This document shows positions 19,963 through 31,431 of a DNA stretch of 64,000 bases, piece by piece; position 1 is the first letter of the stretch; the number at the start of each line of letters is the position of its first letter. Origin of the DNA: Escherichia phage CJY920. Below the pieces are notes generated by a model. That model made no database searches, was not told the DNA's origin, and worked only from the letters and a program-made list of their open reading frames with translations. The stretch is taken from the sequence record PQ349265.1. One strand, given 5' to 3'. Both the position numbers and the translations under genes were made by a program.

Positions 19963-21093
19963 ATGACTTTTACAGTTGATATAACTCCTAAAACACCTAC
20001 TGGAGTTATAGATCAGACTCAGCAGTTTACTGCTACACCCAGTGGTCAAACTGGAGATGGACCTATTACATATGTTTGGACTGTAGACGGTGCTCAACAG
20101 GAAGAAACGTCAGCAACTTTTAATTATGTATTAAAAGGACCTGCCGGTCAAAAGACTATTAAAGTAGTTGCAACAAATCAAGTTGCCGATAGTAGTCCCG
20201 AAACAGCTGAAATTAGTACAACTATCACAGTTCAAAATAAGACACAAACAACTACTTTAGCCGTAACTCCTGCTAGTCCTGCTGCTGGAGTAATTGGAAC
20301 TCCTGTTGAATTTACCGCTGCCTTAGCTTCTCAACCATCAGGTGCATCTGCTACGTATCAGTGGCATGTAGATGGTTCTCCTGTGAGCGAAGCAACTAGT
20401 GCTACATTCAATTACACTCCTACTACAAGCGGAGTTAAAAAAATTAAGTGTGTAGCTCAAGTAACAGCGACAGATTATGATGCACTAAGCGTTACTTCTA
20501 ATGAAGTATCACTGACTGTTAATAAGAAGACAATGAATCCACAGGTTACATTGACTCCTCCTTCTATTAATGTTCAGCAAGATGCTTCGGCTACATTTAC
20601 TGCTAACGTTACGGATGCTCCGGAAGAAGCGCAAATTACGTATTCATGGAAGAAAGATTCTTCTCCTGTAGAAGGGTCAACTAATGTATACACCGTTGAT
20701 ACATCATCTGTTGGAAGTCAAACTATTGAAGTTACTGCAACTGTTACTGCCACTGATTATGATAGCAAAACTATTACAGCAGAAGGCCAAGTTCAGGTAA
20801 CTGATAAAGTTGCTCCGGAACCAGAAGGTGAATTACCTTATGTTCATCCTCTTCCACATCATAGCTCAGCTTATATCTGGTGCGGTTGGTGGGTTATGGA
20901 TGAAATCCAAAAAATGACTGAAGAAGGTAAAGATTGGAAAACTGAAGATCCAGATAGTAAATACTACCTGCATCGTTACACTCTTCAGAAGATGATGAAA
21001 GACTATCCAGAAGTTGATGTTCAAGAATCACGTAATGGATACATCATTCATAAAACTGCTTTAGAAACTGGTATCATCTATACCTATCCATAA
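19963..21093 (+). CDS. hoc: Hoc, highly immunogenic outer capsid protein with tandem Ig-like domains
   Basis: 376 aa; repeated segments each ending TATDYD. Confidence 0.85.
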   Translation: MTFTVDITPKTPTGVIDQTQQFTATPSGQTGDGPITYVWTVDGAQQEETSATFNYVLKGPAGQKTIKVVATNQVADSSPETAEISTTITVQNKTQTTTLAVTPASPAAGVIGTPVEFTAALASQPSGASATYQWHVDGSPVSEATSATFNYTPTTSGVKKIKCVAQVTATDYDALSVTSNEVSLTVNKKTMNPQVTLTPPSINVQQDASATFTANVTDAPEEAQITYSWKKDSSPVEGSTNVYTVDTSSVGSQTIEVTATVTATDYDSKTITAEGQVQVTDKVAPEPEGELPYVHPLPHHSSAYIWCGWWVMDEIQKMTEEGKDWKTEDPDSKYYLHRYTLQKMMKDYPEVDVQESRNGYIIHKTALETGIIYTYP

Positions 21094-21097
21094 TCTC

Positions 21098-21118
21098 AGG
21101 GGCTTCGGCCCCTTTCTT
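21098..21118 (+). terminator. hairpin terminator after hoc (GGGGC-ttcg-GCCCC + T-run)
   Basis: Read directly. Confidence 0.55.
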
Positions 21119-21181
21119 CATTTTGAAAGCACACAAAACACAATCAGAAAACGATGTATATAATGGCACCAACTCGATAAC

Positions 21182-21397
21182 ATGAGATTGATTATGAGAA
21201 CTGAGGTTGTGGTGTTTACTCTTCATGAGTCTGGAAAGTCATTCATTGAAATTGCTCGTGAATTGAACTTACAGGCGAAAGAAGTGGCTGTATTATGGGC
21301 TCGAGCTATGACTGCTAAGAATAAATTTGAGACTCGAGAAAAAGTTGTCTATAGAAAAAGACATATTAATAAGAAGGTGAAAAATGGAACAGTATGA
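21182..21397 (+). CDS. hypothetical protein (71 aa)
   Basis: ORF between hoc and rnlB. Confidence 0.4.
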   Translation: MRLIMRTEVVVFTLHESGKSFIEIARELNLQAKEVAVLWARAMTAKNKFETREKVVYRKRHINKKVKNGTV

Positions 21398-21662
21398 TCT
21401 TTATGAAAATGAATCTTTTGCTAATCAATTACGCGAAAAAGCACTTAAAAGCAAACAGTTTAAGCTAGAGTGTTTTATTAAAGATTTTTCGGAACTTGCT
21501 AATAAAGCAGCTGAACAAGGTAAAACATATTTTAGTTATTATTGCACTGCTCGCGATAAATTGATTACTGAAGAAATTGGTGATTGGCTGAGAAAAGAAG
21601 GATTTAGCTTTAAAGTCAATAGTGACCAGCGTGATGGTGATTGGTTAGAAATTACATTTTGA
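21384..21662 (+). CDS. hypothetical protein (92 aa)
   Basis: ORF between hoc and rnlB. Confidence 0.4.
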   Translation: MEQYDLYENESFANQLREKALKSKQFKLECFIKDFSELANKAAEQGKTYFSYYCTARDKLITEEIGDWLRKEGFSFKVNSDQRDGDWLEITF

Positions 21663-21671
21663 GGATTAATT

Positions 21672-22676
21672 ATGTTTAAAAAGTATAGCAGTCTTGAAAA
21701 TCATTACAATTCTAAATTCATTGAAAAACTTTACAGTTTAGGATTGACTGGCGGCGAATGGGTAGCTCGTGAAAAGATTCATGGCACAAATTTCTCACTA
21801 ATTATTGAACGCGATAAAGCAACTTGTGCTAAACGTACTAGACCGATTCTTCCTGCTGAAGATTTCTTTGGGTATGAAATTATTCTAAAGAATTACGCTG
21901 ATTCCATTAAAGCAGTACAAGATATTATGGAAACTTCGGCAGTTGTATCTTATCAAGTCTTCGGCGAATTCGCTGGACCTGGCATTCAGAAGAATGTCGA
22001 TTATGGTGATAAAGATTTTTATGTATTTGACATTATTGTTACTACAGAAAGTGGTGATGTGACTTATGTCGATGATTATATGATGGAATCATTCTGTAAT
22101 ACATTCAAATTTAAAATGGCTCCACTTTTGGGTCGTGGTAAATTTGAAGAACTTATTAAATTGCCAAATGATTTAGATTCTGTCGTCCAGGATTATAATT
22201 TTACAGTAGACCATGCTGGATTAGTTGATGCAAATAAATGCGTTTGGAATGCCGAAGCAAAAGGCGAAGTATTTACTGCTGAAGGATATGTATTGAAACC
22301 TTGTTATCCTTCTTGGATGCCTAACGGAAATCGTGTAGCTATTAAATGCAAGAACTCTAAATTTAGTGAAAAGAAAAAGTCTGATAAGCCTATTAAAGCT
22401 AAAGTTGAGCTGTCAGAAGCTGATAATAAATTGTTGGGAATTTTAGCTTGCTACGTTACACTGAACCGAGTAAATAACGTTATTTCTAAAATTGGTGAAA
22501 TTGGTCCAAAAGATTTTGGAAAGGTGATGGGACTAACTGTTCAAGATATTTTGGAAGAAACTTCTCGTGAAGGTATTACTCTAACTCAAGCGGATAATCC
22601 TTCTTTGGTTAAAAAGGAATTAGTTAAAATGGTACAAGATGTACTTCGTCCGGCTTGGATTGAATTGGTAAGTTAA
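21672..22676 (+). CDS. rnlB: RNA ligase 2
   Basis: 334 aa; nucleotidyltransferase lysine motif EKIHGTN. Confidence 0.85.
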   Translation: MFKKYSSLENHYNSKFIEKLYSLGLTGGEWVAREKIHGTNFSLIIERDKATCAKRTRPILPAEDFFGYEIILKNYADSIKAVQDIMETSAVVSYQVFGEFAGPGIQKNVDYGDKDFYVFDIIVTTESGDVTYVDDYMMESFCNTFKFKMAPLLGRGKFEELIKLPNDLDSVVQDYNFTVDHAGLVDANKCVWNAEAKGEVFTAEGYVLKPCYPSWMPNGNRVAIKCKNSKFSEKKKSDKPIKAKVELSEADNKLLGILACYVTLNRVNNVISKIGEIGPKDFGKVMGLTVQDILEETSREGITLTQADNPSLVKKELVKMVQDVLRPAWIELVS

Positions 22677-22680
22677 ATAA

Positions 22681-22702
22681 AAAGGGACCGAAAGGTCCCT
22701 TT
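22681..22702. terminator. bidirectional hairpin (AGGGACC-gaaa-GGTCCCT) between rnlB and gene 24
   Basis: Read directly. Confidence 0.55.
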
Positions 22703-22705
22703 GTT

Positions 22706-23989
22706 TTATTCATCAACGATAATTTTTGGTAATTTAACACCTAATAAAACAGACAAATCTGAACGACCCGCCATTTTATCCATGTCTCCACCATCAATTA
22801 TTCTTGCTTCTTTTTCATCTTTTGCTACAGTGTAAGGATTTGCAGATAAAGCATATCTAACCAATAAACCGATAGATGGTTGTAAGCTTTCTGGATCAAC
22901 TACAACTTTAAATGCACCTACATGTTCAGGGTCATCTAAGTCAAGACCTTCTGTATACGGAGCATAGAAAATTGATCCAACAATTTCTTTTTCGCCAATA
23001 TTTTCTACCACGCCAACGATTACATAATCTAATGGGCTGTTAGTATCGCAATAAAGCGGTAAACCATTAGCTAAGAACCCGTAGGCATTTTGTGAAAGAT
23101 ATTTATCATCTTCTGGTTTATGTTTTAACCAACCTGATGCAGCAAGAATCGCAGCGGCACGAGCTGAAGCAACACAGAACGTTGCTGTATAAGTTGATTC
23201 TTTTTGGATATGTGAAACCATTTCACATACCATTCGGTATAATGAACGACCAGCTTCAGGTGCAGATGCATAACTCAAATCAATGAAACCGGTATCAGTA
23301 ATTCCTGTAACTTTATAGCGTTTTGATACTGTAATCAAAGACTGTAAAATATCTTTATTGATTTCATCCGCCATTTCAGTTGCAAGCAAATCTTCCAGGA
23401 AATTAGGAGCATCGAATCCATTTGCTTCTAAATCTTGTGCTAATTCAACTGTGATGCCAGTTTTAAGTTTACGAGATTTAACTGCGGTTTGCCATTTATT
23501 AATCTGGAATCTAGCATCAGCAATTTCGCTATCAGAGCTTTCAAATTTGCTTGTTACCGCAGCATCAGAAAATAGACGAACCTTTAAAAGAACAATTGCA
23601 ATCTGAAGAGCTAATTCTAAATCACTTTCTTCAATGGTAGCAAATGGTGTATCTTCTAATACTTTATAAACGATATTATTATATTTGAATAAATCGCCTT
23701 TATTGAGAGTTAATTTAGACTCTTCTGTTAATTCTGTGATTTGTTCTCGGTCTACGTATCCAGCTTCGCCAGCGTAAGTAGCACCAGTTTTAAATGTAAA
23801 TTCGTTATCTGGGTTAAGGTATTTGATACCATAAAAAGCAGCAACAGGTTGATTAGTTCTTTGCGTTGCTACAATGTCAGAATATATTAATTTAGTTGTA
23901 GCGCGAGTCAAAGCAACGAGATTTGGGCGACCGATTGAGTTGCTATTCGTTGTGGTTGATTCGCGCAGAAGTTCGTTGATTTTAGCCAT
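22706..23989 (-). CDS. 24: head vertex protein gp24
   Basis: 427 aa matching T4 gp24; late promoter upstream. Confidence 0.85.
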   Translation of the reverse strand: MAKINELLRESTTTNSNSIGRPNLVALTRATTKLIYSDIVATQRTNQPVAAFYGIKYLNPDNEFTFKTGATYAGEAGYVDREQITELTEESKLTLNKGDLFKYNNIVYKVLEDTPFATIEESDLELALQIAIVLLKVRLFSDAAVTSKFESSDSEIADARFQINKWQTAVKSRKLKTGITVELAQDLEANGFDAPNFLEDLLATEMADEINKDILQSLITVSKRYKVTGITDTGFIDLSYASAPEAGRSLYRMVCEMVSHIQKESTYTATFCVASARAAAILAASGWLKHKPEDDKYLSQNAYGFLANGLPLYCDTNSPLDYVIVGVVENIGEKEIVGSIFYAPYTEGLDLDDPEHVGAFKVVVDPESLQPSIGLLVRYALSANPYTVAKDEKEARIIDGGDMDKMAGRSDLSVLLGVKLPKIIVDE

Positions 23990-24016
23990 TGTATTTTCCT
24001 TGTTGAAATATAATAC

Positions 24017-24024
24017 TATTTATA
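24017..24024 (-). promoter_or_regulatory. late promoter TATAAATA (minus strand) for gene 24
   Basis: Plus-strand tatttata 28 nt from the ATG. Confidence 0.55.
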
Positions 24025-24088
24025 AAGTTATTTACAAGACCAAAGTAATATGATATTATATTCATATACAAATGGAGTGGTGTTTAAA

Positions 24089-24751
24089 ATGAAATATTTA
24101 ATATATCAAATTACTAATATCATCAATGGAAAAATTTACATCGGAGCTCATGCTACTCTTGACGAAAACGATGGTTATATGGGTTCTGGCGTAAACATCA
24201 AAAAATCCATCAAAAAATATGGTATTCATAACTTTAAAAAAGAAATTCTTTATTCTTTCTCCTCATCTGAGGAGATGTATAAAATGGAAGCTTTACTAGT
24301 CAATGAGGAATTCGTTATGAGAACTGATACTTATAATGCTGCTATTGGTGGTAGAGGAAATCCAGTTATAGTTCATTTGCAAGATCCTTCATATCGTAAT
24401 ATGTTATCAATGCGAACAAAAGAAGGAATGACTGCGGAAGTTAAACGAAAAATATCAAAGGCAAAAACAGGCGTTAAGCAATCTGATGAAACTATCGCGA
24501 AGCGAGTTAAAGGGCGCAATGAATATTATAAAACACATGTTCATCCACGAAAAAATAAACCTATATCGATTTCACATCGTAAAGCTATTTCTGAAAAACT
24601 TAGCGGTATTAAAAAATTTATTCCAATATGTATAAAGGGTGTCAAATTTGATAATCCTGATTACGCAGCGGAGCATTTTAAAGTTAGTCCTAAAACTATT
24701 CGCAATTGGATAAATGCGGATGATATGCCTGATTGCTATCGTATAAAATAG
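24089..24751 (+). CDS. segD: GIY-YIG homing endonuclease, SegD-like
   Basis: GKIYIGAH...YMGSG GIY-YIG motifs; between genes 23 and 24 where I recall T4 segD; ATG at 24089 preceded by GGAG. Confidence 0.75.
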   Translation: MKYLIYQITNIINGKIYIGAHATLDENDGYMGSGVNIKKSIKKYGIHNFKKEILYSFSSSEEMYKMEALLVNEEFVMRTDTYNAAIGGRGNPVIVHLQDPSYRNMLSMRTKEGMTAEVKRKISKAKTGVKQSDETIAKRVKGRNEYYKTHVHPRKNKPISISHRKAISEKLSGIKKFIPICIKGVKFDNPDYAAEHFKVSPKTIRNWINADDMPDCYRIK

Positions 24752-24754
24752 AAA

Positions 24755-24774
24755 AAGGGAACCCGAAGGTTCCC
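24755..24774. terminator. bidirectional hairpin (GGGAACC-cgaa-GGTTCCC)
   Basis: Read directly. Confidence 0.55.
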
Positions 24775-24800
24775 TAAAATTGTGCTTCTATCGTTAGAGA

Positions 24801-26366
24801 TTAGATACCTTTAACATATACACGTCTAAAGTAAGCGTTTTTACCAAGGCTATTCAGAATAGAAGGCATACCGCTCTGGATGCGAGAAGCCGGAGCCTGA
24901 GCAGCGGATTCTGCAAATGGGTTGATACCGATACCGTAACGAGTTTTGAATCCCATTACTGGTTGGAAGTTCTTCGGATCGGAACCACGCAGCGGAGTCA
25001 GAGCTACATATGGAGCATAGTAAATACCAGCATCCATTTCGTTCGGACCTTTATAACCTACAGTGAAATAATCCTGTTTAGCATACTGGTCGATATATAC
25101 ACGGTATTTACCACCCAGAACACCAGCAAATACTGACTTGGTAGTATCAGTGTTAAAGCCGGTAGCCAGACCCTGTGCAGCATAAGAAATGCCAGTATCA
25201 ACTGAAGCCAGAACGTTAACTACGTTACGGGAAGCGATAATGAAGTTACCTTCACCACGACCGGTCTGACGAGCAATTTCAACTGCTTCTTTGTCAATCT
25301 GGAACAACAGAGCTTTAAAGGATTCACCCGCCCAGCGAGCACCACGAATATCAATCGGATCCTGGAAGTCAAATACACCAGCTTTAGAACCTGGAGTCAG
25401 GGTCATACCAGATTTACCAACCTGAGCTGAGTAGTTAATCCAATCAACAACTTCACGGTTGATTTCCAGCATGATTTCGGTAGCCAGAATACCAGACAGT
25501 TCAGCATCAGCATCCATACCGTGAACAGCGCGGAGGTCTTGTGCTAATTCGATAGAGTAAGCAGCTTTCAGCTGGCGAGATTTAGCTTCGATAACTTGTT
25601 TATCGATACGGAAGCCCATTTCATTCCATGGGTTATCGGTAGAACCGTTGAAACCTTCCTGAAGTTCAGCGATAGAAGTAGCCATACCTTCAGCGATTTC
25701 TACCAATGCACCAGCTTCCATTTGTTTCTTAATTTCAGCATCTAATTTAGCTGCATCAGTTGCGCTTGCACTAATTGTTACTTGAGCAGAAGCCTGCAGA
25801 TACACAGTACCAGTGTCCTGGAAGAAGTGAGTATAGATATCACCTACTGTGGTTTCTGTGCTAGCAGCCAGAGCCGGGAATTTCTTAGCAGCACCCTGAC
25901 CAGAGAACATTGCATCTGGGCCATACATTGGGTGGAATGCTTCTTTAGCACCGGAAGCGATTGGGTCTTTACCATATACTGCGCGCAGTGCGAATACCTG
26001 GCCAGTCGGGCTGTTCATCGGCTGAACACCGCAAATATCGAAAGCAATCAGGTTAGGAATAGCACGACGTACCATACCCATAACAGCTGGGCCAATCTGA
26101 GTTACTGCGCCAGAAGTCTGACCAGCAGCGATGTTAGTAGCATTGTAACCGTGGTCACCACCGATTTCAGCTTCTGTTAAGAAAGAACCGAACGCCTGAG
26201 CGATTTTTTCGTCTTTGTACTCTGGAGCTGTCTGGAAATCTTTTTCCTGGTTTTCAAAGATTTTAGCGATAATCGCTTGTTTGCTATTAGCAATTTCCGG
26301 TAAACCTTCACCTTCCAGTAATGGCTTCCATTTGTTCAAAAGTTCAGCTTTAGTTTTGATAGTCAT
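24801..26366 (-). CDS. 23: major capsid protein gp23
   Basis: 521 aa matching T4 gp23; synteny 20-67-68-21-22-23. Confidence 0.9.
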   Translation of the reverse strand: MTIKTKAELLNKWKPLLEGEGLPEIANSKQAIIAKIFENQEKDFQTAPEYKDEKIAQAFGSFLTEAEIGGDHGYNATNIAAGQTSGAVTQIGPAVMGMVRRAIPNLIAFDICGVQPMNSPTGQVFALRAVYGKDPIASGAKEAFHPMYGPDAMFSGQGAAKKFPALAASTETTVGDIYTHFFQDTGTVYLQASAQVTISASATDAAKLDAEIKKQMEAGALVEIAEGMATSIAELQEGFNGSTDNPWNEMGFRIDKQVIEAKSRQLKAAYSIELAQDLRAVHGMDADAELSGILATEIMLEINREVVDWINYSAQVGKSGMTLTPGSKAGVFDFQDPIDIRGARWAGESFKALLFQIDKEAVEIARQTGRGEGNFIIASRNVVNVLASVDTGISYAAQGLATGFNTDTTKSVFAGVLGGKYRVYIDQYAKQDYFTVGYKGPNEMDAGIYYAPYVALTPLRGSDPKNFQPVMGFKTRYGIGINPFAESAAQAPASRIQSGMPSILNSLGKNAYFRRVYVKGI

Positions 26367-26384
26367 TTGTGTTAACCTTTAAAA

Positions 26385-27194
26385 TTAGAAACGAGATGCG
26401 ACTTTCGCATATACACTTACAATATCTTCTGCACCAGGTGCAGCTTTATCTTCTACAGCTTCAGTGACGAAATTCAGTCCGGCTGCTTCAGTATCAGGAG
26501 TATTTATACCCTCAGTAATAGTGCTTTCATCTTTATTAGACTTCTTCACCATTTCTACGATGGCACTCAATTTACTTGAGAATTCATCTGAATAATCCAT
26601 ACCTTCGACCAGAGCAGAGACTTTTTCTTTTTGAGACTCAGTCAGATCTTTAGTACTTTCGCTCAATGCCACTTCACGCTGCACATAATTGATATATGCG
26701 TCACGCTTATTGAGTTCTTCGAACAGACGAGCTGATTCTTCTTTATGTTCTTGCAGCTCTTCTTCCATTTCAGCTACAACATCAACTGATTCTTCTGGAA
26801 CAACAACGTTGTGTTCAACAAAGAGCTCTTTTAATCCACCAAGCATGGATTCAAACAGTTCGGCTTTGATGCCTTTATCAACTGCTAATTTATTTTCGGC
26901 GAGCCATTCTTTCGCAAGATGGTCGATGAATTTAGAAGCTTGCTCAGCGATTTTCTTCTCAGCTTTTTCTTCGGCTTCTTCTTTATTTTTTTCTACTTCT
27001 TCTTCTGCTTTTTCAGCAATTTTAGCGATATGAGATTCAGCTAATTTAACGGCGTGCTGCTTGACGGTAGCTTCGAATACAGTGCCGAAAGTTTCTTTTG
27101 CTTCCGGAGAAATATTAACTGATTCGAAAATACTATCAAGAGCAACGGAAGCATCAATTTTTTGCGCTTCAGCAATCAGTTGTTCTTTAAGCAT
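26385..27194 (-). CDS. 22: prohead core scaffold protein gp22
   Basis: 269 aa; acidic coiled-coil-like composition. Confidence 0.85.
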   Translation of the reverse strand: MLKEQLIAEAQKIDASVALDSIFESVNISPEAKETFGTVFEATVKQHAVKLAESHIAKIAEKAEEEVEKNKEEAEEKAEKKIAEQASKFIDHLAKEWLAENKLAVDKGIKAELFESMLGGLKELFVEHNVVVPEESVDVVAEMEEELQEHKEESARLFEELNKRDAYINYVQREVALSESTKDLTESQKEKVSALVEGMDYSDEFSSKLSAIVEMVKKSNKDESTITEGINTPDTEAAGLNFVTEAVEDKAAPGAEDIVSVYAKVASRF

Positions 27195-27221
27195 TTTGTA
27201 GTCCTGTTGTTTAGATAATAA

Positions 27222-27229
27222 TATTTATA
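27222..27229 (-). promoter_or_regulatory. late promoter TATAAATA (minus strand) for gene 22
   Basis: Plus-strand tatttata 28 nt from the ATG. Confidence 0.55.
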
Positions 27230-27863
27230 ACGCTTTTTTCATGGCCTCTGCGAGAGCCATATAGGCGTCATCGGCACTTGTATCGGCTTCCGCCGTCTGT
27301 GATTCGGTAATTTCCTTAGGAGTTACCCATGCATCTGGAGCACTTGGACCCCATACTGCATCAACACCTACAGTTAATTTAAATCCTTCGTTTACGATAC
27401 GATAACCTTTATTTGTGTCAGTCAATGAACCTAATCCACGAGAAGAAACTCCTGGAATCCATCCGGCACGAATATTAGCTGCTAATTTATCTCCAGGACC
27501 ATGGTCACCTTCAATAACACGAGCTCGTCCGTATACGTCATTTCCTTTCCACCACATATCTTCTATAATGATAGCGGCTTGCATCGGGTCAACATTAGCG
27601 CGTGGAGGATGATTTAATTCTCCGAGAGCTTGTTTAGTTAAAACTTGCTCATTGATATAGTCTTTTACCGCTTTTTCTAATATGCGTTTTGGATAAAGAC
27701 GTTTATTTCTATTGACGACTTCCGCTTGCATGAATATTCCTTCGATGTATAAACCAGGTTTTAAACCTAGGTCTTTTCCATCGTGAGATTCAAGCATTGG
27801 CACGCCATCAATAATTTCGCCAGGTTGACCCCAAGTTTCAATTAGTAATTGGGGTTCATTCAT
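27225..27863 (-). CDS. 21: prohead protease gp21
   Basis: 212 aa; synteny. Confidence 0.85.
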   Translation of the reverse strand: MNEPQLLIETWGQPGEIIDGVPMLESHDGKDLGLKPGLYIEGIFMQAEVVNRNKRLYPKRILEKAVKDYINEQVLTKQALGELNHPPRANVDPMQAAIIIEDMWWKGNDVYGRARVIEGDHGPGDKLAANIRAGWIPGVSSRGLGSLTDTNKGYRIVNEGFKLTVGVDAVWGPSAPDAWVTPKEITESQTAEADTSADDAYMALAEAMKKAL

Positions 27864-28288
27864 TAGCTTAATCCTAATGCTTTACGGCGTTTAAGAGCTT
27901 TTTTACGCTTACGCTGAGCACGAGATTGACCTGCTGGATTGGCAATCTTCGTTTTGGTAGCTTTGCGAGCAATTTGTCTACGTTTTGCTTTAGACAGCCC
28001 AGTGGTTTGAAATGCATTACGTTCGCGCGTTTTGCGGTCTTTAGTACGTGTAATTTCACCACGAGCTGAAACATGCTTAACAATGAATTCATTTAACGGC
28101 ATATTTTCATTAATAGAAGCTAATGCAACTGCTAAATCAGTTTCATCATCAAGCATATTCTCGACAATTGTATTTATATCGTCTTTATTTAAAGCAGAAG
28201 ACAATTCGTCAAAGCGACCCTGTGCTTCAGGAATAAGTGCTTCGACATTCTCGAGAACTAATTCATGAGTTTCAGGGATCAGAAGCAT
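27863..28288 (-). CDS. 68: prohead core protein gp68
   Basis: 141 aa; synteny. Confidence 0.75.
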
Positions 28289-28529
28289 TATTCATCATCC
28301 TCGTCTTCGTCATCTTCGTCAGAGTCTTTGTCTTTTTTGTCGTCTTTATCATCACTATCTTCGTCATCATCCTCGTCTTCAGGTTCTTCACCTTCGATTA
28401 AGAAATTACGAGCGATAGCGATTTTTTCTTCTTTAATTAAATCAATCGTTCTTGCAGCCATGGCTTCAGCAAATAATTTACGAGCGGCTACGAGGTCGTT
28501 TGATTTAATAGCTTCAATTAAACCTTCCA

Positions 28530-28530
<1 letters not shown>
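28288..28530 (-). CDS. 67: prohead core protein gp67 (highly acidic)
   Basis: 80 aa with long D/E run. Confidence 0.75.
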
Positions 28531-30155
<1,625 letters not shown>

Positions 30156-30187
30156 TTAAGCAGGATGGGGATTTCTCCCCATTCATT

Positions 30188-30679
30188 TTATTCCCAATAA
30201 TCGAGAGCGAGAGTTACTTCAAAGGTTTGGATTTCATTGTTTGAATCCCAATCTAATTGAAGTTCACCCACGTTAGTAGGCCACAAGCCTTTAATTTCGA
30301 CTTCTTTTGTTACAGTTTTAGCGTCACGAGCATATTGGCGAACAACAGCGCTCTTTTTATATTCTGCTGGTTTTCCACCAGTAATTTCGTTCCCTTGCCC
30401 AGCAGCAATGCTTTGCCAATCAACAAACTTCTGGCGAGCATCATGTGCTTCATCGTTCATTACTGTAATAGTCCAGTCATCGAATGTACGATCGCCTGCT
30501 ACGTTAATTTTACGGTTCATAAATCCGACTGGAATTTTTTCTACAATACCAGCTGGTAAAGCAGTGGCTTTACATTGAAACGTAAAATTTTGTCCAAGAT
30601 AAGAAATTTCTACTTGGAATAAGTTAGGTCGAGCAAAATCACCAGATTCAAACGCTCGTGTTACATCATCTACAAACAT
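30188..30679 (-). CDS. 19: tail tube protein gp19
   Basis: 163 aa matching T4 gp19. Confidence 0.9.
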   Translation of the reverse strand: MFVDDVTRAFESGDFARPNLFQVEISYLGQNFTFQCKATALPAGIVEKIPVGFMNRKINVAGDRTFDDWTITVMNDEAHDARQKFVDWQSIAAGQGNEITGGKPAEYKKSAVVRQYARDAKTVTKEVEIKGLWPTNVGELQLDWDSNNEIQTFEVTLALDYWE

Positions 30680-30693
30680 ATTAGCCTCTGTAG

Positions 30694-30701
30694 TATTTAT
30701 A
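30694..30701 (-). promoter_or_regulatory. late promoter TATAAATA (minus strand) for gene 19
   Basis: Plus-strand tatttata; a second copy at 30753-30760. Confidence 0.5.
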
Positions 30702-30761
30702 TCCCTATGTTTAACCTAGGGCATATAGAATTAAAGAATTAAGGATATAGTGTATTTATAT

Positions 30762-30779
30762 GGCCTGCCGAAACAGGCC
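30762..30779 (-). terminator. hairpin (GGCCTG-ccgaaa-CAGGCC) downstream of inserted HNH gene
   Basis: Read directly. Confidence 0.45.
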
Positions 30780-30786
30780 TTTAGAA

Positions 30787-31278
30787 TCATTCTAGTAAAT
30801 CCCAAAGATCTACGCTATTTCTTTTTGACTTTTCTCGGTTAGATTCCCAAGTGATTATTTCTAAATTTTTTACGCTTGCTATAATTTCCGGCGGAATTAA
30901 ATTATCAAATCCATATTTGATAGATACTTTATGATCGAGTTGGTAAGCACCTTCTACACCGCACACTCCTATTTTATCAGCATTCGGCCATTTTGACCAA
31001 ATTTTTCTTATTTTAGCTGACTTAGTTATAGAATGAACTCTACTAGCATATAATGCAAACTCTTTTCTTTTACCAGTCCATCGAGGATGTTTATCGCCTC
31101 TTTGCCATGGTCTGCTTATTCCGGATTGAACTTCCGAATTTTTAATAGCAACTTGTTTAATACTACATTTTCTACATGCATGTGTGGGTGTTCTATTTAA
31201 AAGCTGAATGCTTCTACTAAATTTAATACCGCACAAATCACATTTAGCGTCAACTATTTTATTACTATTCTTTGGCAT
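30787..31278 (-). CDS. HNH-family homing endonuclease-like protein with N-terminal zinc finger (163 aa)
   Basis: CDLCG...HACRKC zinc finger; YQLDHK...NLEIITWESN HNH-like motif; lies between genes 18 and 19. Confidence 0.65.
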   Translation of the reverse strand: MPKNSNKIVDAKCDLCGIKFSRSIQLLNRTPTHACRKCSIKQVAIKNSEVQSGISRPWQRGDKHPRWTGKRKEFALYASRVHSITKSAKIRKIWSKWPNADKIGVCGVEGAYQLDHKVSIKYGFDNLIPPEIIASVKNLEIITWESNREKSKRNSVDLWDLLE

Positions 31279-31410
31279 TAATTCTATTGGAACAGATACT
31301 GTATCATGTTATGATACTTTATATCCTAGAATTGTCGACCACATTTTTGAATGATTTCTTGGTTTTATTGTAACAAACTTAGAAATAATCACTTGTTTCC
31401 TCGAGAATAG

Positions 31411-31424
31411 GGGCCGAAGCCCCA
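31411..31424 (-). terminator. hairpin (GGGGC-cgaa-GCCCC) downstream of gene 18
   Basis: Read directly. Confidence 0.45.
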
Positions 31425-31431
31425 CAATCAA

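Noticed and set aside
19963-21093. Internal repeats in hoc as a possible novel repeat element
   Set aside because: These are the known tandem Ig-like domains of Hoc.
25782-26180. 132-aa plus-strand ORF inside gene 23
   Set aside because: Lies entirely antisense to the major capsid gene, which is strongly supported.
26689-27033. 114-aa plus-strand Ser-rich ORF inside gene 22
   Set aside because: Antisense shadow of the Glu/Lys-rich scaffold gene; no start context.
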